NCBI GenBank assembly: GCA_965223345.1
Contig: CBDCWG010000012.1
Coordinates: 1,728,001-1,792,000, forward strand
Reading direction: 5' to 3'
From: Nitrospinales bacterium
GTDB lineage: Bacteria; Nitrospinota; Nitrospinia; Nitrospinales; VA-1
DNA length: 64,000 nt
This document shows, piece after piece, positions 21,178-30,247 of this stretch (the stretch's first letter is position 1; every line of letters starts with the position of its first letter). The notes beneath the pieces are model-generated. The model was not told the origin of the DNA, ran no database searches, and was given only the letters and a program-made list of their open reading frames with translations. A program made the position numbers and the translations under genes.

Positions 21178-21431
21178 TCGTATTTTGTTTTGCTTGCGGT
21201 TTTTATCATTTCTTTGGAAAGACCGATGGCTTCTTGAAACGCGGATTTGGGCGATTTGCCGAAATCGTGCAGGTCGGGGGAGAGGGTGGATTCTTTATAC
21301 CGGAAAATTTTGACGGGGAGGGAAGAATTTTCCCCGCATTTGCGGGAAACTTTGACAGTTTGGGCGGCGTTTCTTTACTTAATTTGTTGAAAAAATGTGA
21401 AAATTTAAAGCTGTTTCCCGGTTTTTCGGGA

Positions 21432-21448
21432 TTGGCACAAGCTTTGCT
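21432..21448 (+). promoter_or_regulatory. sigma54 (RpoN) -24/-12 promoter
   Basis: TTGGCACAAGCTTTGCT matches TGGCAC-N5-TTGCW exactly (GG 21434-35, GC 21446-47, 10-nt spacing), preceded by an AT-rich region. Confidence 0.8.
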
Positions 21449-21458
21449 TTAAAGATCA

Positions 21459-21572
21459 GTGAAGATTCGAAATGGCACTGCCTCCTCCAACGGATTGGGT
21501 CCCCTCAGACCCAATCCGTGGCGTGCCTAACCGAAAGTGGTTTGGGCCCCTTCCTCAAGGGGCCCTTTTTTT
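21459..21572 (+). ncRNA. Candidate sigma54-dependent small RNA with CCUC-loop hairpins
   Basis: Lies between a sigma54 promoter and a terminator with no credible ORF. Perfect 12-bp hairpin 21490-21519 (loop CCCTCA), outer stem GGCAC.GCC/GGCGTGCC with TCCTCCA bulge, terminator hairpin with CCTC loop. Confidence 0.65.
21544..21572 (+). terminator. Rho-independent terminator
   Basis: GGGCCCCTT-CCTC-AAGGGGCCC perfect 9-bp stem followed by T7; the U-tract is on the + strand only. Confidence 0.85.
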
Positions 21573-21580
21573 GTCTTTTT

Positions 21581-23032
21581 TCAGGATGCTTTTTGCTTTT
21601 CGGCGGGAGGCGGCGGCAGGGTCTGCGTCCATTCCTCCAGTTTTTTCTCGATCTGCGGCGTGCTTTTGATCTGCGGCTGGGAATAGGGGCCGTTGTGCTT
21701 TTCTTCCAGTTTGCGAATCCGGGAGGCGGCGGTGGAGAAGGCCTGTTTGAAGGAGTTGGTGTCGTTAAACCCGTCCACCAGCAGGGCCTTGGAAAAATCC
21801 CGGCAATCCTCCCTGTCCCAGGCGCAAAAATAGGCGAGTTCGTCCTCGCTGGCGGCGGTCATGATCAACGTCGTGTCGTCTTTGATGGTTTCTATGAAGC
21901 CACCGGAATAGCAGGTGTTGATGACGATCACCTTCCATTTGATTCCGGATTCCTTGAGCAATTCCGCCAACACACCGGCGTCCAGCGATTGCATAGGCAA
22001 ATCTCCCATCTCCACCGTGACCTCGTTGAACTCCGACCCGTGACTGGTGATATAGAGGAAGAGAATGTCTTCCTCGGTGTTCATACGCGCCGCGATTTGC
22101 TTGAGCGATTCTTTCAGGTTGGTCACGGTTGCCAGCGGCAGCCGGTCCATCGTTTCCCGGTGATTGACCAGCCTCAAAGAGCGGCCTTTGTTTTGAAATC
22201 TATTTTCGAAATATTCCTGTACCTGCCCGGATTCGACCATCAATCTTTTCTCTTTCCAGTCGCTGCTGAACGATACGAAATACATATCCGGCTTTCCGGG
22301 CCGATGGGGCTGCAACTTATTGAGGGACTGCTGCACGCGCTCGTGCTGTTTGTAGAAAATGTCCTCAGCGTGCAAATCCAAAGCGGGCGGCATGCCCGCG
22401 AATGCATTGTCTTCTAAAAAGGCAGTGATTGGCAGGTCCCAGTCGTCTTTGTTTTTGTGATACAAGCCGGGCAGGCCGAAGGACACGATCAAAAAAACAG
22501 CCAAAATTGCTTTTCTTCTAAAAGATAGAGAAGAAGACGACCATACCATCGGCTGGTAACGGGACACTTTCTTGATTTTGGAGCGGACCCACAAATAGTA
22601 GCCCAGAGCGATCAGCAGAAATAAATAATCAAAAGGACCTTCATTGATCAGTGTATCCATAAGGCTCGGCGACCATTGGATTCCCAGTAACCAGGGCGCA
22701 CCGACAAAAATGAGAACGCCTGCCACGATGAAATAAACCAGAAGCCGGATGGACAGAGGCAGGTTGAGGCAAATGAAGCGACGAAGGAAATGGCGATTGT
22801 CGCCATTGGCGTTGGTCCAGTAGCACAGCGTCACTCCCAAGAGCGCTATCAAAGTATAGGAAGTGGAGAAGAACACCATCGAAGGCGTAGCCGGTTGCGG
22901 GAACAGTTCATAGAGCTGAGTTTCCAAGTAGATGAAGAAAGTCCACACCAAAAAATACTTGAAGGTTTCCCGTTCGCTGATCCGGTCCTGCCTGAGATCT
23001 TCGACCAGTTTCTCGACCCGCCAGATGTACAT
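21581..23032 (-). CDS. Peptidase C13 (legumain-like) family protein with N-terminal multi-TM domain
   Basis: LFLYITSHGS (catalytic His), VIVINTCYSGGFI (catalytic Cys), IMTAAS; hydrophobic N-terminal ~190 aa. Confidence 0.85.
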   Translation of the reverse strand: MYIWRVEKLVEDLRQDRISERETFKYFLVWTFFIYLETQLYELFPQPATPSMVFFSTSYTLIALLGVTLCYWTNANGDNRHFLRRFICLNLPLSIRLLVYFIVAGVLIFVGAPWLLGIQWSPSLMDTLINEGPFDYLFLLIALGYYLWVRSKIKKVSRYQPMVWSSSSLSFRRKAILAVFLIVSFGLPGLYHKNKDDWDLPITAFLEDNAFAGMPPALDLHAEDIFYKQHERVQQSLNKLQPHRPGKPDMYFVSFSSDWKEKRLMVESGQVQEYFENRFQNKGRSLRLVNHRETMDRLPLATVTNLKESLKQIAARMNTEEDILFLYITSHGSEFNEVTVEMGDLPMQSLDAGVLAELLKESGIKWKVIVINTCYSGGFIETIKDDTTLIMTAASEDELAYFCAWDREDCRDFSKALLVDGFNDTNSFKQAFSTAASRIRKLEEKHNGPYSQPQIKSTPQIEKKLEEWTQTLPPPPAEKQKAS

Positions 23033-23235
23033 GCCAATTCCCCGGATGGTTGCGTTTGAGCCTGAATAGCCAATGGAAAGTGAGACTTTCGGGATTAAAG
23101 AGCAATTCAGGTGCCAAATGGGGGGCTTTGAAAAAGCGCGGGTTGTGGAGGGGAAAGCGGGACGAGGGTGAGCTAAATTATGACTTTTTAGACACTTTGC
23201 CCCTGTGGGGCGATCGGGATCGGAGTGGGGCCGGG

Positions 23236-24201
23236 CTATTTCACTGCAAACTGCCAGTGGTCGTTGGAGCCGCCGCCGCCGGGATTGGGGCCGCCGGTCA
23301 ACAGGTGGATCTTGCCGTTGACCAGCGCGCTGCCCATGCCGTGCCGGCCTTCGGGCATCGGCGCCCAGGTTTTCCAGCTGTCGGTGCCGGGGTCGTAGGC
23401 TTCGTTTTCATCGAAGGCTTTCACGCCCGATTCGCCGCCAAAGATGTGGATCTTGCCGTTCAGCACCTGGGCGGTGATGCCGCTGCGTTTGGTGGGCAAG
23501 GGACTCAGGGTCTTCCAGGCGCCGGATTTGGGGTCGAACGCTTCGTTGGCGTCGAGGTTGTTGTTGTAGTTCACGTTCACGCGGCCGCCGATGGCGTACA
23601 GGATGCCGTTCACGGTGGCGGCGGTGTGGTGGTCGCGCGGGGTGGGCAAGGGAGCCAGCGCCTGCCACTTGTCGGTGGCCGGGTCGTACACTTCGTTGGC
23701 GCCGGTGTTGACGAGCCGGAAAAACTTGCGGTGCGCGCCGCCGAGGGCGTAGATCTTGCCGTCGATCACGGCGGAAGCGAGGGCGCCGCGCTTGGTGGGC
23801 ATGGGCGCTTTCGCGGTCCAGGTGTCGGTCGTGGGATCGTATTCGTAGGTCCCGTTGGTGGGGCTCCACATGGCCGAATGGAAGCCGCCGACCACGTAGA
23901 TCTTATCGTTCACCACCGAAGCGGCAGTGTGGTGCAAGGGCTGGGGCAGCGGGCTTTTTTCTTCCCAGCTGTCGGTGGCCGGATCGTACACTTCCAGCTT
24001 GTTGGTGACGCCCTTGGGGCCGAACCCGCCGAGGATGTAGATCTTTCCCTGCACCGCGACCACCGAAACTTCGGTGCGGATGGTGGGCGCGCGTTTCAGT
24101 TCTTTCCAGACGCCCGGAAGCTGCGCCTTGAGGGGCGCGACGCTCCCCAGCAAAAAGGAAAGGGAAAGAAAAGCAATGGCACTGATTCGTTGCGGTTGCA
24201 T
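23236..24201 (-). CDS. Exported Kelch-repeat beta-propeller protein
   Basis: Signal peptide; six repeats of KIY..GG...YDP.TD.W...P.P. Confidence 0.92.
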   Translation of the reverse strand: MQPQRISAIAFLSLSFLLGSVAPLKAQLPGVWKELKRAPTIRTEVSVVAVQGKIYILGGFGPKGVTNKLEVYDPATDSWEEKSPLPQPLHHTAASVVNDKIYVVGGFHSAMWSPTNGTYEYDPTTDTWTAKAPMPTKRGALASAVIDGKIYALGGAHRKFFRLVNTGANEVYDPATDKWQALAPLPTPRDHHTAATVNGILYAIGGRVNVNYNNNLDANEAFDPKSGAWKTLSPLPTKRSGITAQVLNGKIHIFGGESGVKAFDENEAYDPGTDSWKTWAPMPEGRHGMGSALVNGKIHLLTGGPNPGGGGSNDHWQFAVK

Positions 24202-24232
24202 GATCGACTCCTCGGGGTTGCCACCCCTTGCG

Positions 24233-25096
24233 TTAATTGGGGGTTTCGATGGCCTGGCCGCGGACGAGGCGGTCGATGGGCTTGATCTGTTCGAGAAGCC
24301 CGGCGAGGTGATCGAGCTTCAGCATGTTGGGACCGTCGGAAAGGGCGTTGTCGGGATCGGGATGGATCTCCATGAACACGGCGTCGCAGCCCACGGCCAC
24401 CGCGCCGCGCGCCATCTCCGGGATCAGTTCGCGCTGGCCGCCGCTTTTCGTGCCCTGGCCTCCGGGGAGTTGCAGGCTGTGGGTGGCGTCGAACACCACG
24501 GGACAGCCGTGCTCGCGCATGAGGGCGAGGGAGCGCATGTCCACAACGAGGTTGTTGTAGCCGAACATGAAACCGCGCTCGGTGAGCAGGATGTCCGCGC
24601 TGCCGCTCTGCTGCACTTTGTGAACGACGTTTTTCATGTCCCAGGGCGCCATGAACTGGCCTTTCTTGATGTTGACGGCCTTGCCCGAGCGGGCGGCGGC
24701 CACCAAGAGGTCGGTCTGCCGGCAGAGAAACGCCGGGATCTGCAGCACGTCCAGCACTTCCGCGGCGGGGCCGATCTCTTCCTCTTTATGGATGTCCGAG
24801 AGCACCGGAACCGCCAGCTCGTCCCGCACTTTTTTTAAAATCGCGAGCCCTTCAGCGAGGCCGGGGCCGCGAAACGAATCGAGCGAGGAGCGGTTGGCCT
24901 TGTCGTAGGACGATTTGAAGACAAACGGCACGCCCGCATCGGTTGCGATGCGCTTGAGTTTTTCCGCGGTCTGCAGCGTGGTCTTCTCCGATTCGATGAC
25001 GCAGGGGCCCGCGATCAGGGCGAGCGGATGCGTCCCGCCGACGGTCACGGAGCCGATGGAGACGGCTTTGGCGATGCGGGGTGCTTTCGGATTCAT
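24233..25096 (-). CDS. kdsA: 3-deoxy-8-phosphooctulonate (KDO8P) synthase
   Basis: [65 protein letters not shown]. Confidence 0.97.
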   Translation of the reverse strand: MNPKAPRIAKAVSIGSVTVGGTHPLALIAGPCVIESEKTTLQTAEKLKRIATDAGVPFVFKSSYDKANRSSLDSFRGPGLAEGLAILKKVRDELAVPVLSDIHKEEEIGPAAEVLDVLQIPAFLCRQTDLLVAAARSGKAVNIKKGQFMAPWDMKNVVHKVQQSGSADILLTERGFMFGYNNLVVDMRSLALMREHGCPVVFDATHSLQLPGGQGTKSGGQRELIPEMARGAVAVGCDAVFMEIHPDPDNALSDGPNMLKLDHLAGLLEQIKPIDRLVRGQAIETPN

Positions 25097-25536
25097 GGTT
25101 GCTGGGGCTCCGGCTCATCCAGCTCGATGCCGATGGGAACGGGATGCGGGACCTGCGTGCGTTCGGGGATGCCGTCGGGCGCCAGCAGGCCCAGGGTGAT
25201 CTCGCGCGCTTTTTCCTGGTTGTTCACCTTGTGCAGGGCCTCAAACCCGTTCGCCTGCAAGGGCGCGAGGTTCACCTCGGGAAAATCCGGCGTCATGAAC
25301 AGGATGAAATCGAGCTTTTTCAGCTTCTTCTTGATGTTCATCAGGTGCTTGGGCTCGGATTTGCCTTTTCTCAGGACGTAGATCACCAGATCGCAGCGCA
25401 CCAGCTGGGTCTGCTTGAAGCAGTCGTTGATGGAGACGAAGCTCATGATGGTGAAAAATTCCTGTTTGAGGAATTTGCACAGCTGGATACGGTCGCTGCG
25501 GACGGGATCGACGATGAAAATGGTTTTGTATTTCAT
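25093..25536 (-). CDS. Hypothetical protein with degenerate receiver (CheY-like) fold
   Basis: TIFIVD..SDR.QL...L and CDLVIYV resemble receiver beta1/alpha1/beta3; start ATG 25536; 4-nt overlap with kdsA. Confidence 0.55.
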   Translation of the reverse strand: MKYKTIFIVDPVRSDRIQLCKFLKQEFFTIMSFVSINDCFKQTQLVRCDLVIYVLRKGKSEPKHLMNIKKKLKKLDFILFMTPDFPEVNLAPLQANGFEALHKVNNQEKAREITLGLLAPDGIPERTQVPHPVPIGIELDEPEPQQP

Positions 25537-25827
25537 TCCTGTTGCCTTTGCAATTCGAGGGGTGCTGTTCCGGTTCAGCGGGGAAAAGCCTTGCGATTCC
25601 GCGCGCAAAGCCCGTTTCGGCCTTCCGCATTCGCATATTCAGTCTACCACAAACACCGCCCGGTGGAACCTCAAATGGCGGATTTGGCAGGGGGTTTTGG
25701 TTTGACTTTGCCGGAAAGCCTGTGAAAAAATATCTACAGTGTCCGGGCGGTCCGGAACCGTGACCGGGCTTCGCCATTCCCTTGAACGAACCTATCCGAT
25801 TTCAGGACGTTCCTTTCACCCAGGTGC

Positions 25828-27147
25828 GTGCCCTTGAAGACCCATATTAAATGGACGATCGTGTGTCTGGTTCTCATTTTCCTGCCTGTTCAGGCGTGGG
25901 CGCAGGACCGCATCCGTGTGGTGGAAGTCGCCGGCGCGATCAACCCCGTGGTGGCCGAATTCATCACCGATGAGATCCTCGACGCCGGCGCGGTGGGCGA
26001 CGAGCTGGTGGTGATCCGCATGGACACCCCCGGCGGGCTCGACACCTCGATGCGCCAGATCATCAAAGGCATCCAGAATTCGAAAGTTCCGGTGGCGACG
26101 TTCGTGGCCCCCAGCGGATCGCGGGCGGCTTCGGCGGGAACATTCATCTCGTATGCGTCGCACATCGCGGCCATGGCTCCCGGCACCAATATCGGCGCAG
26201 CCAGCCCGGTCAACCTGATGGGTGGCGGAGGCGGCGAGAACGAGCAGGCCAAGACGATGAAAGACAAGGTCACCAACGACGCGGCGGCCTACATCCGTTC
26301 GCTGGCCGAACAGCGCGGCCGCAACGCCTATTGGGGCGAACTGGCGGTCAAGAAAAGCGTGTCCATCTCGGCGGAGGAAGCGAAAAAACTCAACGTCATC
26401 GACCTGGTCGCCTCCGATCTGGACGCGCTGGTGCTGGCAGTGGACGGCCGCGAAGTGAAGATGGGCACGGAGACGATCGTTCTTGAGACCAAGGACAAAG
26501 AGATCGTCTATAAGGAGATGAGTCCGCGGCAGCGCATCCTCGATACGATCTCCAACCCGAACGTCGCCTACGTGCTGATGATGCTGGGGCTGGTGGGGCT
26601 TTATTTCGAGCTTTCCAACCCGGGGCTCATCCTGCCGGGCGTCATCGGTGGCATCAGCATCATCCTGGCGCTGTACGCCATGCAGACGCTGCCCGTCAAT
26701 TATGCGGGCCTGCTGCTGATCGTGCTGGGCGTGGTGCTGTTCATCGCGGAGATCGGCGTGATGAGCTACGGCCTGTTGTCGGTGGCGGGGGCGATCTCGA
26801 TCTTTCTCGGGTCGGTGATGCTGATCGAAAGCGACGATCCCGCCATGCAGATTTCCAAAGGTGTGCTCATTCCCACGCTGCTGTTCTTCTTCCTGGTGTC
26901 CGCGGGGATCATTTATCTGGCGGCCCAGGCACTCCGGCGGCGGGCGGTGACCGGCGTCGAAGCGCTGATCGGAGCGCGCGGCGTGGTGAAGAACGAGCTG
27001 AATCCCGCCGGAACCGTGCTCATCCACGGGGAGATGTGGAACGCGGAGAGCGATCACACCATCGACGCGGGCGAGTCCGTGGTGGTGAAAGCGGTGGATG
27101 GGCTGAAACTCAAAGTGGCCGCCGACAAGGAGGCCCGCACCGTTTGA
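25828..27147 (+). CDS. nfeD: Long-form NfeD (ClpP-class membrane-bound serine protease)
   Basis: MDTPGGL, RAASAG (Ser), MAPGTNIGAA, KVTND (Lys), TM region, C-terminal OB domain (GEMWNAES). Confidence 0.9.
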   Translation: MPLKTHIKWTIVCLVLIFLPVQAWAQDRIRVVEVAGAINPVVAEFITDEILDAGAVGDELVVIRMDTPGGLDTSMRQIIKGIQNSKVPVATFVAPSGSRAASAGTFISYASHIAAMAPGTNIGAASPVNLMGGGGGENEQAKTMKDKVTNDAAAYIRSLAEQRGRNAYWGELAVKKSVSISAEEAKKLNVIDLVASDLDALVLAVDGREVKMGTETIVLETKDKEIVYKEMSPRQRILDTISNPNVAYVLMMLGLVGLYFELSNPGLILPGVIGGISIILALYAMQTLPVNYAGLLLIVLGVVLFIAEIGVMSYGLLSVAGAISIFLGSVMLIESDDPAMQISKGVLIPTLLFFFLVSAGIIYLAAQALRRRAVTGVEALIGARGVVKNELNPAGTVLIHGEMWNAESDHTIDAGESVVVKAVDGLKLKVAADKEARTV

Positions 27148-27253
27148 GTCCGGCGGCGGTCCCGGCGAGAGCTCACCTCTCTGAGCGTCCTTTCCCGGCA
27201 GTTTTGATGACAGCGATGTGTTTGTTTCCTTCCGGCGGGTCCCGGTGAAAATA

Positions 27254-28090
27254 ATGTCCTTTTTACAGACGGCGGGTTGGGTTCTTTTGTTCTTTGTGCT
27301 GTATGCCGTGCTGCTGGTGGCCTGCGAGCGCAAGATCATCTTCCACCCGCACAAATACCCCGCGGGATTCTGGCAGCCGGAGCAGATCGGCGTTCAGGCG
27401 GAAGACCTGTTTTTTACCACCGAGGACGGCGTGAAGCTGCACGGCTGGTTCGTGCCGGCTGAAAACCCGCGCGGCACCCTGCTGTGGTTTCACGGCAACG
27501 CGGGCAACCTTTCGCACCGGCTGGACAACATCCGCAGGCTGCAACCGCTGGATCTGAATATATTCATTTTCGACTACCGCGGTTTCGGAAAAAGCGAAGG
27601 CGTGCCGGACGAGCCGGGCATGTACCTCGACTCGCAGGCCGCTTACGACACGCTGCTGCGCGAGAAAAACATCGATCCGGACAGGCTGATCCTGTTCGGC
27701 CGGTCGCTGGGCGGCGTCTGCGCGGTGCACACCGCGTCGAAGAACAAGGCCGCCGGGCTGATTCTGGAGTCGGTGTTCACCAACGCCGAGGCGATGGCGA
27801 AGCAGATGTTTCCCGTGCCGCTGGGCTGGGCGATTTCATCCGAGCTCGATGCGCTCGGCAAAGTCGGAGCCTTGACGCTGCCCAAGCTGTTTCTGCACGG
27901 CACGCAGGACGAAGTGGTGCCGTATGCGATGGGGCGCGAGCTGTACGCGGCGGCGGGCGAGCCGAAGCGTTTTTACGATATCGAGGGGGCCGGCCACAAC
28001 GACACCTATCACGTGGGCGGGAAGGATTATTTCGACGCGTGGGGTCAGTTCATCGATGAGATACTGCCGCGTCCAAAAGAGACTGAATGA
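27254..28090 (+). CDS. Alpha/beta hydrolase (ABHD13/BEM46-like)
   Basis: FHGNAGN, DYRGFGKSEG, GRSLGG nucleophile, HGTQDEVVP, GAGHND; start ATG 27254. Confidence 0.9.
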   Translation: MSFLQTAGWVLLFFVLYAVLLVACERKIIFHPHKYPAGFWQPEQIGVQAEDLFFTTEDGVKLHGWFVPAENPRGTLLWFHGNAGNLSHRLDNIRRLQPLDLNIFIFDYRGFGKSEGVPDEPGMYLDSQAAYDTLLREKNIDPDRLILFGRSLGGVCAVHTASKNKAAGLILESVFTNAEAMAKQMFPVPLGWAISSELDALGKVGALTLPKLFLHGTQDEVVPYAMGRELYAAAGEPKRFYDIEGAGHNDTYHVGGKDYFDAWGQFIDEILPRPKETE

Positions 28091-28128
28091 ACTTCCCGTT
28101 GCTCTCCAAAATAGTGCGGTTTTAAACC

Positions 28129-29307
28129 ATGCCAGACCGGGTACGAAAAAAAATCATCCGCGGGCTCAAGCGGGTCGTGATCAAGATCGGCAGCAGCGTC
28201 ATCGCGCACCGCGAAAACGGCAAGCCCGATCCCACGCGCGGGCTCAACCAGGACAAGGTGCGCGACTTCGCCAAACAGGTGCAGCACATCACAGCGGGTG
28301 GCACCGAGGTGATCCTGGTTTCCTCGGGCGCGATCATGGCGGGGCGCGAGCGGCTGGGTCTGACGCGGACGCATCTCACCATTCCGGAAAAGCAGGCCTG
28401 CGCGGCGATCGGCCAGAGCCACCTGATGCACGCCTACGAGAAGAAGTTCGAGAAGCAGGGACTCAAGGTGGCGCAGATCCTGCTTTCCAGTGGCGATCTG
28501 GCCAACCGCAAGCGCTACCTCAACGCCAAGCACACGGTCGAGGCGCTGCTCAAGCACAAGGTGATCCCCATCATCAACGAAAACGATTCGGTGACGGTGG
28601 ACGAGATCAAGATCGGCGACAACGATACGCTCTCCGCCACAGTGGCCTGCCTGGCGGACGCGGAGCTGTTGATCGTGCTCTCGGATGTGGACGGGCTGTA
28701 CTCGCGCAATCCCAAGCTGAAAAACAGCCGCGACGGCGCCGAGCGGCCGGAGTTGATCGCGCACGTGGATCGGGTGACGGAGAAGATCGAAAAGCTCGCC
28801 GGCAAAAGCGGCAGCAGCGTCACGGTCGGCGGCATGATGACCAAGGTGCTGGCGGCGAAAAAGACCATGCACTTCGGCATCCCCACGCTGTTGGCGAACG
28901 GGCTCGACGGCAAGGTGATGGACAAGGTGTTCGCGGGCGAGGCGGTGGGCACGCTGTTCTGGTCCGGCAAGGAAAAGATCCGCAACCGCAAGCACTGGAT
29001 CGCCCACACGCTCAAGCCCTCCGGTATGCTTACGGTGGACGCGGGCGCGCGCAAGGCGCTGCTGGAAGGCAGAAAGAGCCTGCTGCCGGCGGGGGTGGTG
29101 CGCGTGGAAGGCGCGTTCGAGTTCGGCAACGCGGTGTCGATTCAGGATGACGCGGGTGCGGAGATCGGGCGCGGGCTGGTCAACTATAACACTGCCGATC
29201 TCAAGCAGATCTGCGGGCTCAAGACCATGGAAGTGCGCAAGCTGTTTCCGCGCAATTTTTACCCGGAGGTGATCCACCGGGACGATCTGGTGATCCTCGA
29301 CCCTTAA
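28129..29307 (+). CDS. proB: Glutamate 5-kinase
   Basis: VVIKIGSS, VSSGAI, AAIGQ, PIINEND, GDNDTLSA, GGMMTKV, C-terminal PUA domain. Confidence 0.96.
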   Translation: MPDRVRKKIIRGLKRVVIKIGSSVIAHRENGKPDPTRGLNQDKVRDFAKQVQHITAGGTEVILVSSGAIMAGRERLGLTRTHLTIPEKQACAAIGQSHLMHAYEKKFEKQGLKVAQILLSSGDLANRKRYLNAKHTVEALLKHKVIPIINENDSVTVDEIKIGDNDTLSATVACLADAELLIVLSDVDGLYSRNPKLKNSRDGAERPELIAHVDRVTEKIEKLAGKSGSSVTVGGMMTKVLAAKKTMHFGIPTLLANGLDGKVMDKVFAGEAVGTLFWSGKEKIRNRKHWIAHTLKPSGMLTVDAGARKALLEGRKSLLPAGVVRVEGAFEFGNAVSIQDDAGAEIGRGLVNYNTADLKQICGLKTMEVRKLFPRNFYPEVIHRDDLVILDP

Positions 29308-29321
29308 CAAGGCCGCTCTGC

Positions 29322-29729
29322 ATGAGCAAGTGGTGGAAAAACGAGCCGGTGCGTTTCGAATGCCAGCCGGACTGCTTCAAGTGCTGCGAGAAACCGGGCG
29401 AGGTGTATTTCGACCGCGAGGACATCCTAAACGCCGCACGTTTTTTAAACACCACCACCAAGGCCTTCAAAGCCGACTACCTCAAGCGCGAGGACGGCCA
29501 CTTCTCGCTGCAGGTCAAACCCGGCGCGCCCTGCACCTTTCTCACGCCCCAAGGCTGTGGTATCCATCCTGCCAAACCCAAGCAATGCCAGAGCTATCCG
29601 TTCTGGAAGGAAAACCTGGAATCGAAAAGCATGTGGCGGCTGGTCGGTGGCTTCTGTCCCGGCATCGACCGCGGCCCGATGGTGCCGCTCGAGACGATCA
29701 AGGCCTACCTGAAAAAGTTCCGGATGTGA
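29322..29729 (+). CDS. YkgJ family cysteine-cluster protein
   Basis: FECQPDCFKCC, CTFL...GCGIH..KPKQCQSYPFW, CPGI. Confidence 0.88.
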   Translation: MSKWWKNEPVRFECQPDCFKCCEKPGEVYFDREDILNAARFLNTTTKAFKADYLKREDGHFSLQVKPGAPCTFLTPQGCGIHPAKPKQCQSYPFWKENLESKSMWRLVGGFCPGIDRGPMVPLETIKAYLKKFRM

Positions 29730-29743
29730 TTGGGGAAAGATTT

Positions 29744-29820
29744 GACAGGATGACAGCATAAAAGGCGGATATAAGCAGCCTCGCGCAACACCCACAGGGT
29801 GCCGCCGCGAAGGCGCAAAG
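29744..29820 (+). repeat. Repeat family A variant plus interrupted family B copy
   Basis: GACAGGATGACAGCATAA (29744-29761); AAGCAGCCTCGCGCAA (29773-29788) ... CGCGAAGGCGCAAAG (29806-29820), matching the reverse complement of 30668-30693. Confidence 0.7.
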
Positions 29821-29874
29821 GAAAGCAGACAGAGTTAACGGCTTTAAATATTTTTTTCCTTGTATGGTGGGTGG

Positions 29875-30177
29875 ATGACTGAAGCAATCAAATGGTTTCG
29901 AATCGAGGATGATCTTTCCATTCAAGAAGGTGCAGCCATTGAGGTATTGATTGAACTTCAAAACGGTGAATTGCGATGGTGCTTTTTCACGACTCCCAAC
30001 GCACTTTCAAAATTTGGAGATTGGATTGAGGGCACAAAAGTAAGGTTTCACTATGGGGCTCCGCATATGATAGTTGTCGATAAAGTTCTCGATGAAGAAA
30101 TAATCGAAAAAGTTTTGCGTGATATCGACAGCCGTGGGGAAATTCTGGAATGCACGATGCCCACTTCTGAATCTTGA
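29875..30177 (+). CDS. Hypothetical acidic protein, AT-rich orphan
   Basis: ATG 29875 (MTEAIKW...); AT-rich codon usage; lies between repeat copies. Confidence 0.65.
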   Translation: MTEAIKWFRIEDDLSIQEGAAIEVLIELQNGELRWCFFTTPNALSKFGDWIEGTKVRFHYGAPHMIVVDKVLDEEIIEKVLRDIDSRGEILECTMPTSES

Positions 30178-30204
30178 AGGGAATTAAAAGGAAAATCCTT
30201 TTCA

Positions 30205-30229
30205 ACGCAAAGACGCAAAGAACGCAAAG
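30205..30229 (+). repeat. Repeat family B (ACGCAAAG)x3
   Basis: ACGCAAAG ACGCAAAG A ACGCAAAG between the two orphan genes. Confidence 0.75.
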
Positions 30230-30247
30230 GAAACTGGTAAAAGTGAA

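Noticed and set aside
21472..21669. 65-aa ORF starting inside the candidate sRNA
   Set aside because: It runs through a strong terminator into the antisense strand of the C13 peptidase gene, lacks a clear RBS and has no protein-like features.
30205..30229. Short tandem repeats here and at 54915-55038 considered as a CRISPR array
   Set aside because: Units are 8-19 nt with no regular unique spacers, and there are no cas genes in the window.
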